Positions 63,286 through 64,000 of a stretch of DNA of 64,000 bases are shown in pieces. Positions within the stretch are counted from its first letter, which is position 1. Each line of letters begins with the position of its first letter. The position numbers and the translations under genes are program-made. The DNA comes from an uncultured Gemmataceae bacterium. GTDB taxonomy: Bacteria; Planctomycetota; Planctomycetia; Gemmatales; Gemmataceae. The notes under the pieces were generated by a model. It searched no databases and was not told where the DNA came from. It saw only the letters and a list, made by a program, of their open reading frames with translations. The DNA is taken from the NCBI GenBank assembly GCA_963750165.1, contig CAVVPN010000001.1, forward strand, positions 416,001-480,000, in the 5' to 3' direction.

Positions 63286-64000
63286 CTAGGACAGCAAAGT
63301 CGGCTGGACAGTTAACCTGGCTTTTGGATACGCTTTAGCGTTCCCAACCCAGGAGCTTGCCATGGCCAGGAAGGTGTCCCGTCCCGAACCGACCCACCTC
63401 GAGCATTTGCAGGTGCTGTACCAGCATTGCCCCGACTGCCAGCAGCCGATGTGGGCCGACTACTGCAACCGCCGGACGGTCGCCACACTCCTGGGCCTGA
63501 CGCGGCTTGTGCTCCACGTCCGCCGCTGCCACCACGCCGACTGCCCACGCTACCTGCAGCCCTACCGCCCCGAGGCCGAGGGCCGCCACGCTCTGCCCCA
63601 GCACGAGTTCGGCCTGGACGTCATCGCCCAGGTCGGTGCCCTGCGCTACGCCGAACACCGCTCCGTCCCCGAAATCCACCAGCACCTGGTCGCCCGGGGC
63701 CTGGCCATCGCCGAGCGCACCGCCACTAACCTCCTGGAGCGCTACGACGAGTTGCTGGCCGTCACCCTGACCGACGCCGGCCGCCTGCACGGCCTGCTCG
63801 CCGCGCAGGGCCGAGTCCTCCTGGCCATCGACGGCCTGCAGCCCGACGTCGGCCACGAAGTGCTCTGGGTGTTGCGCGACTGCCTGTCCGGCACCGTCCT
63901 GCTGGCCCGCAGCCTGTTGTCCAGCCGGCAGCAGGACCTGGCGGCCCTGCTCGGCCAGGTGCGCGACGGCCTGGCGGTGCCGATCACGGGCGTGGTCTCC
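63286..64000 (+). mobile_element. Second, diverged copy of the same IS; runs off the window edge
   Basis: Starts CTAGGACAGCAAAGTCGG; transposase ATG at 63362, colinear with the first copy. Confidence 0.9.

Overview
GC-rich bacterial DNA, probably a planctomycete of the Gemmataceae type (inferred from gene families, ECF-kinase pairs and CCA-less tRNAs). Almost the whole window is accessory DNA built up around two tRNA genes, tRNA-Ser(CGA) at 7650-7736 and tRNA-Asp(GTC) at 14671-14744. (1) 1-6.6 kb: a stress-like module with desaturases, a degenerate two-component pair, SlyD and an RRM protein. (2) 6.9-14.6 kb: decayed integrative elements, including an integrase split by an IS with 19-bp IRs and a 9-bp target duplication. 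(3) 14.7-48.25 kb: a tRNA-Asp island with a 48-bp attL/attR repeat and a second, internal att arm at about 21.09 kb. Its left 6.4 kb carries integrase, excisionase, IS630 and a 760-aa protein fusing an integrase-arm-like DNA-binding domain to a dynamin-like GTPase, behind an operator-bracketed promoter. Its right 27 kb carries a CRISPR-independent CHAT (caspase-like) protease / TPR / STAND NTPase / Ser-Thr kinase-DUF4384 / ECF sigma cluster with many orphan gene tails. (4) 48.5-61.5 kb: another integrase preceded by a ubiquitin-like-excisionase fusion, then small cargo genes, including a DIP1984-like gene followed by a candidate structured ncRNA and a probable selenocysteine-containing ArsM-like methyltransferase. 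(5) 61.5-64 kb: two tandem IS copies, one carrying a 98-bp MITE. Many genes have single frameshifts, which may be assembly indels or real decay. All family assignments come from motif recognition by eye; no database search was run.
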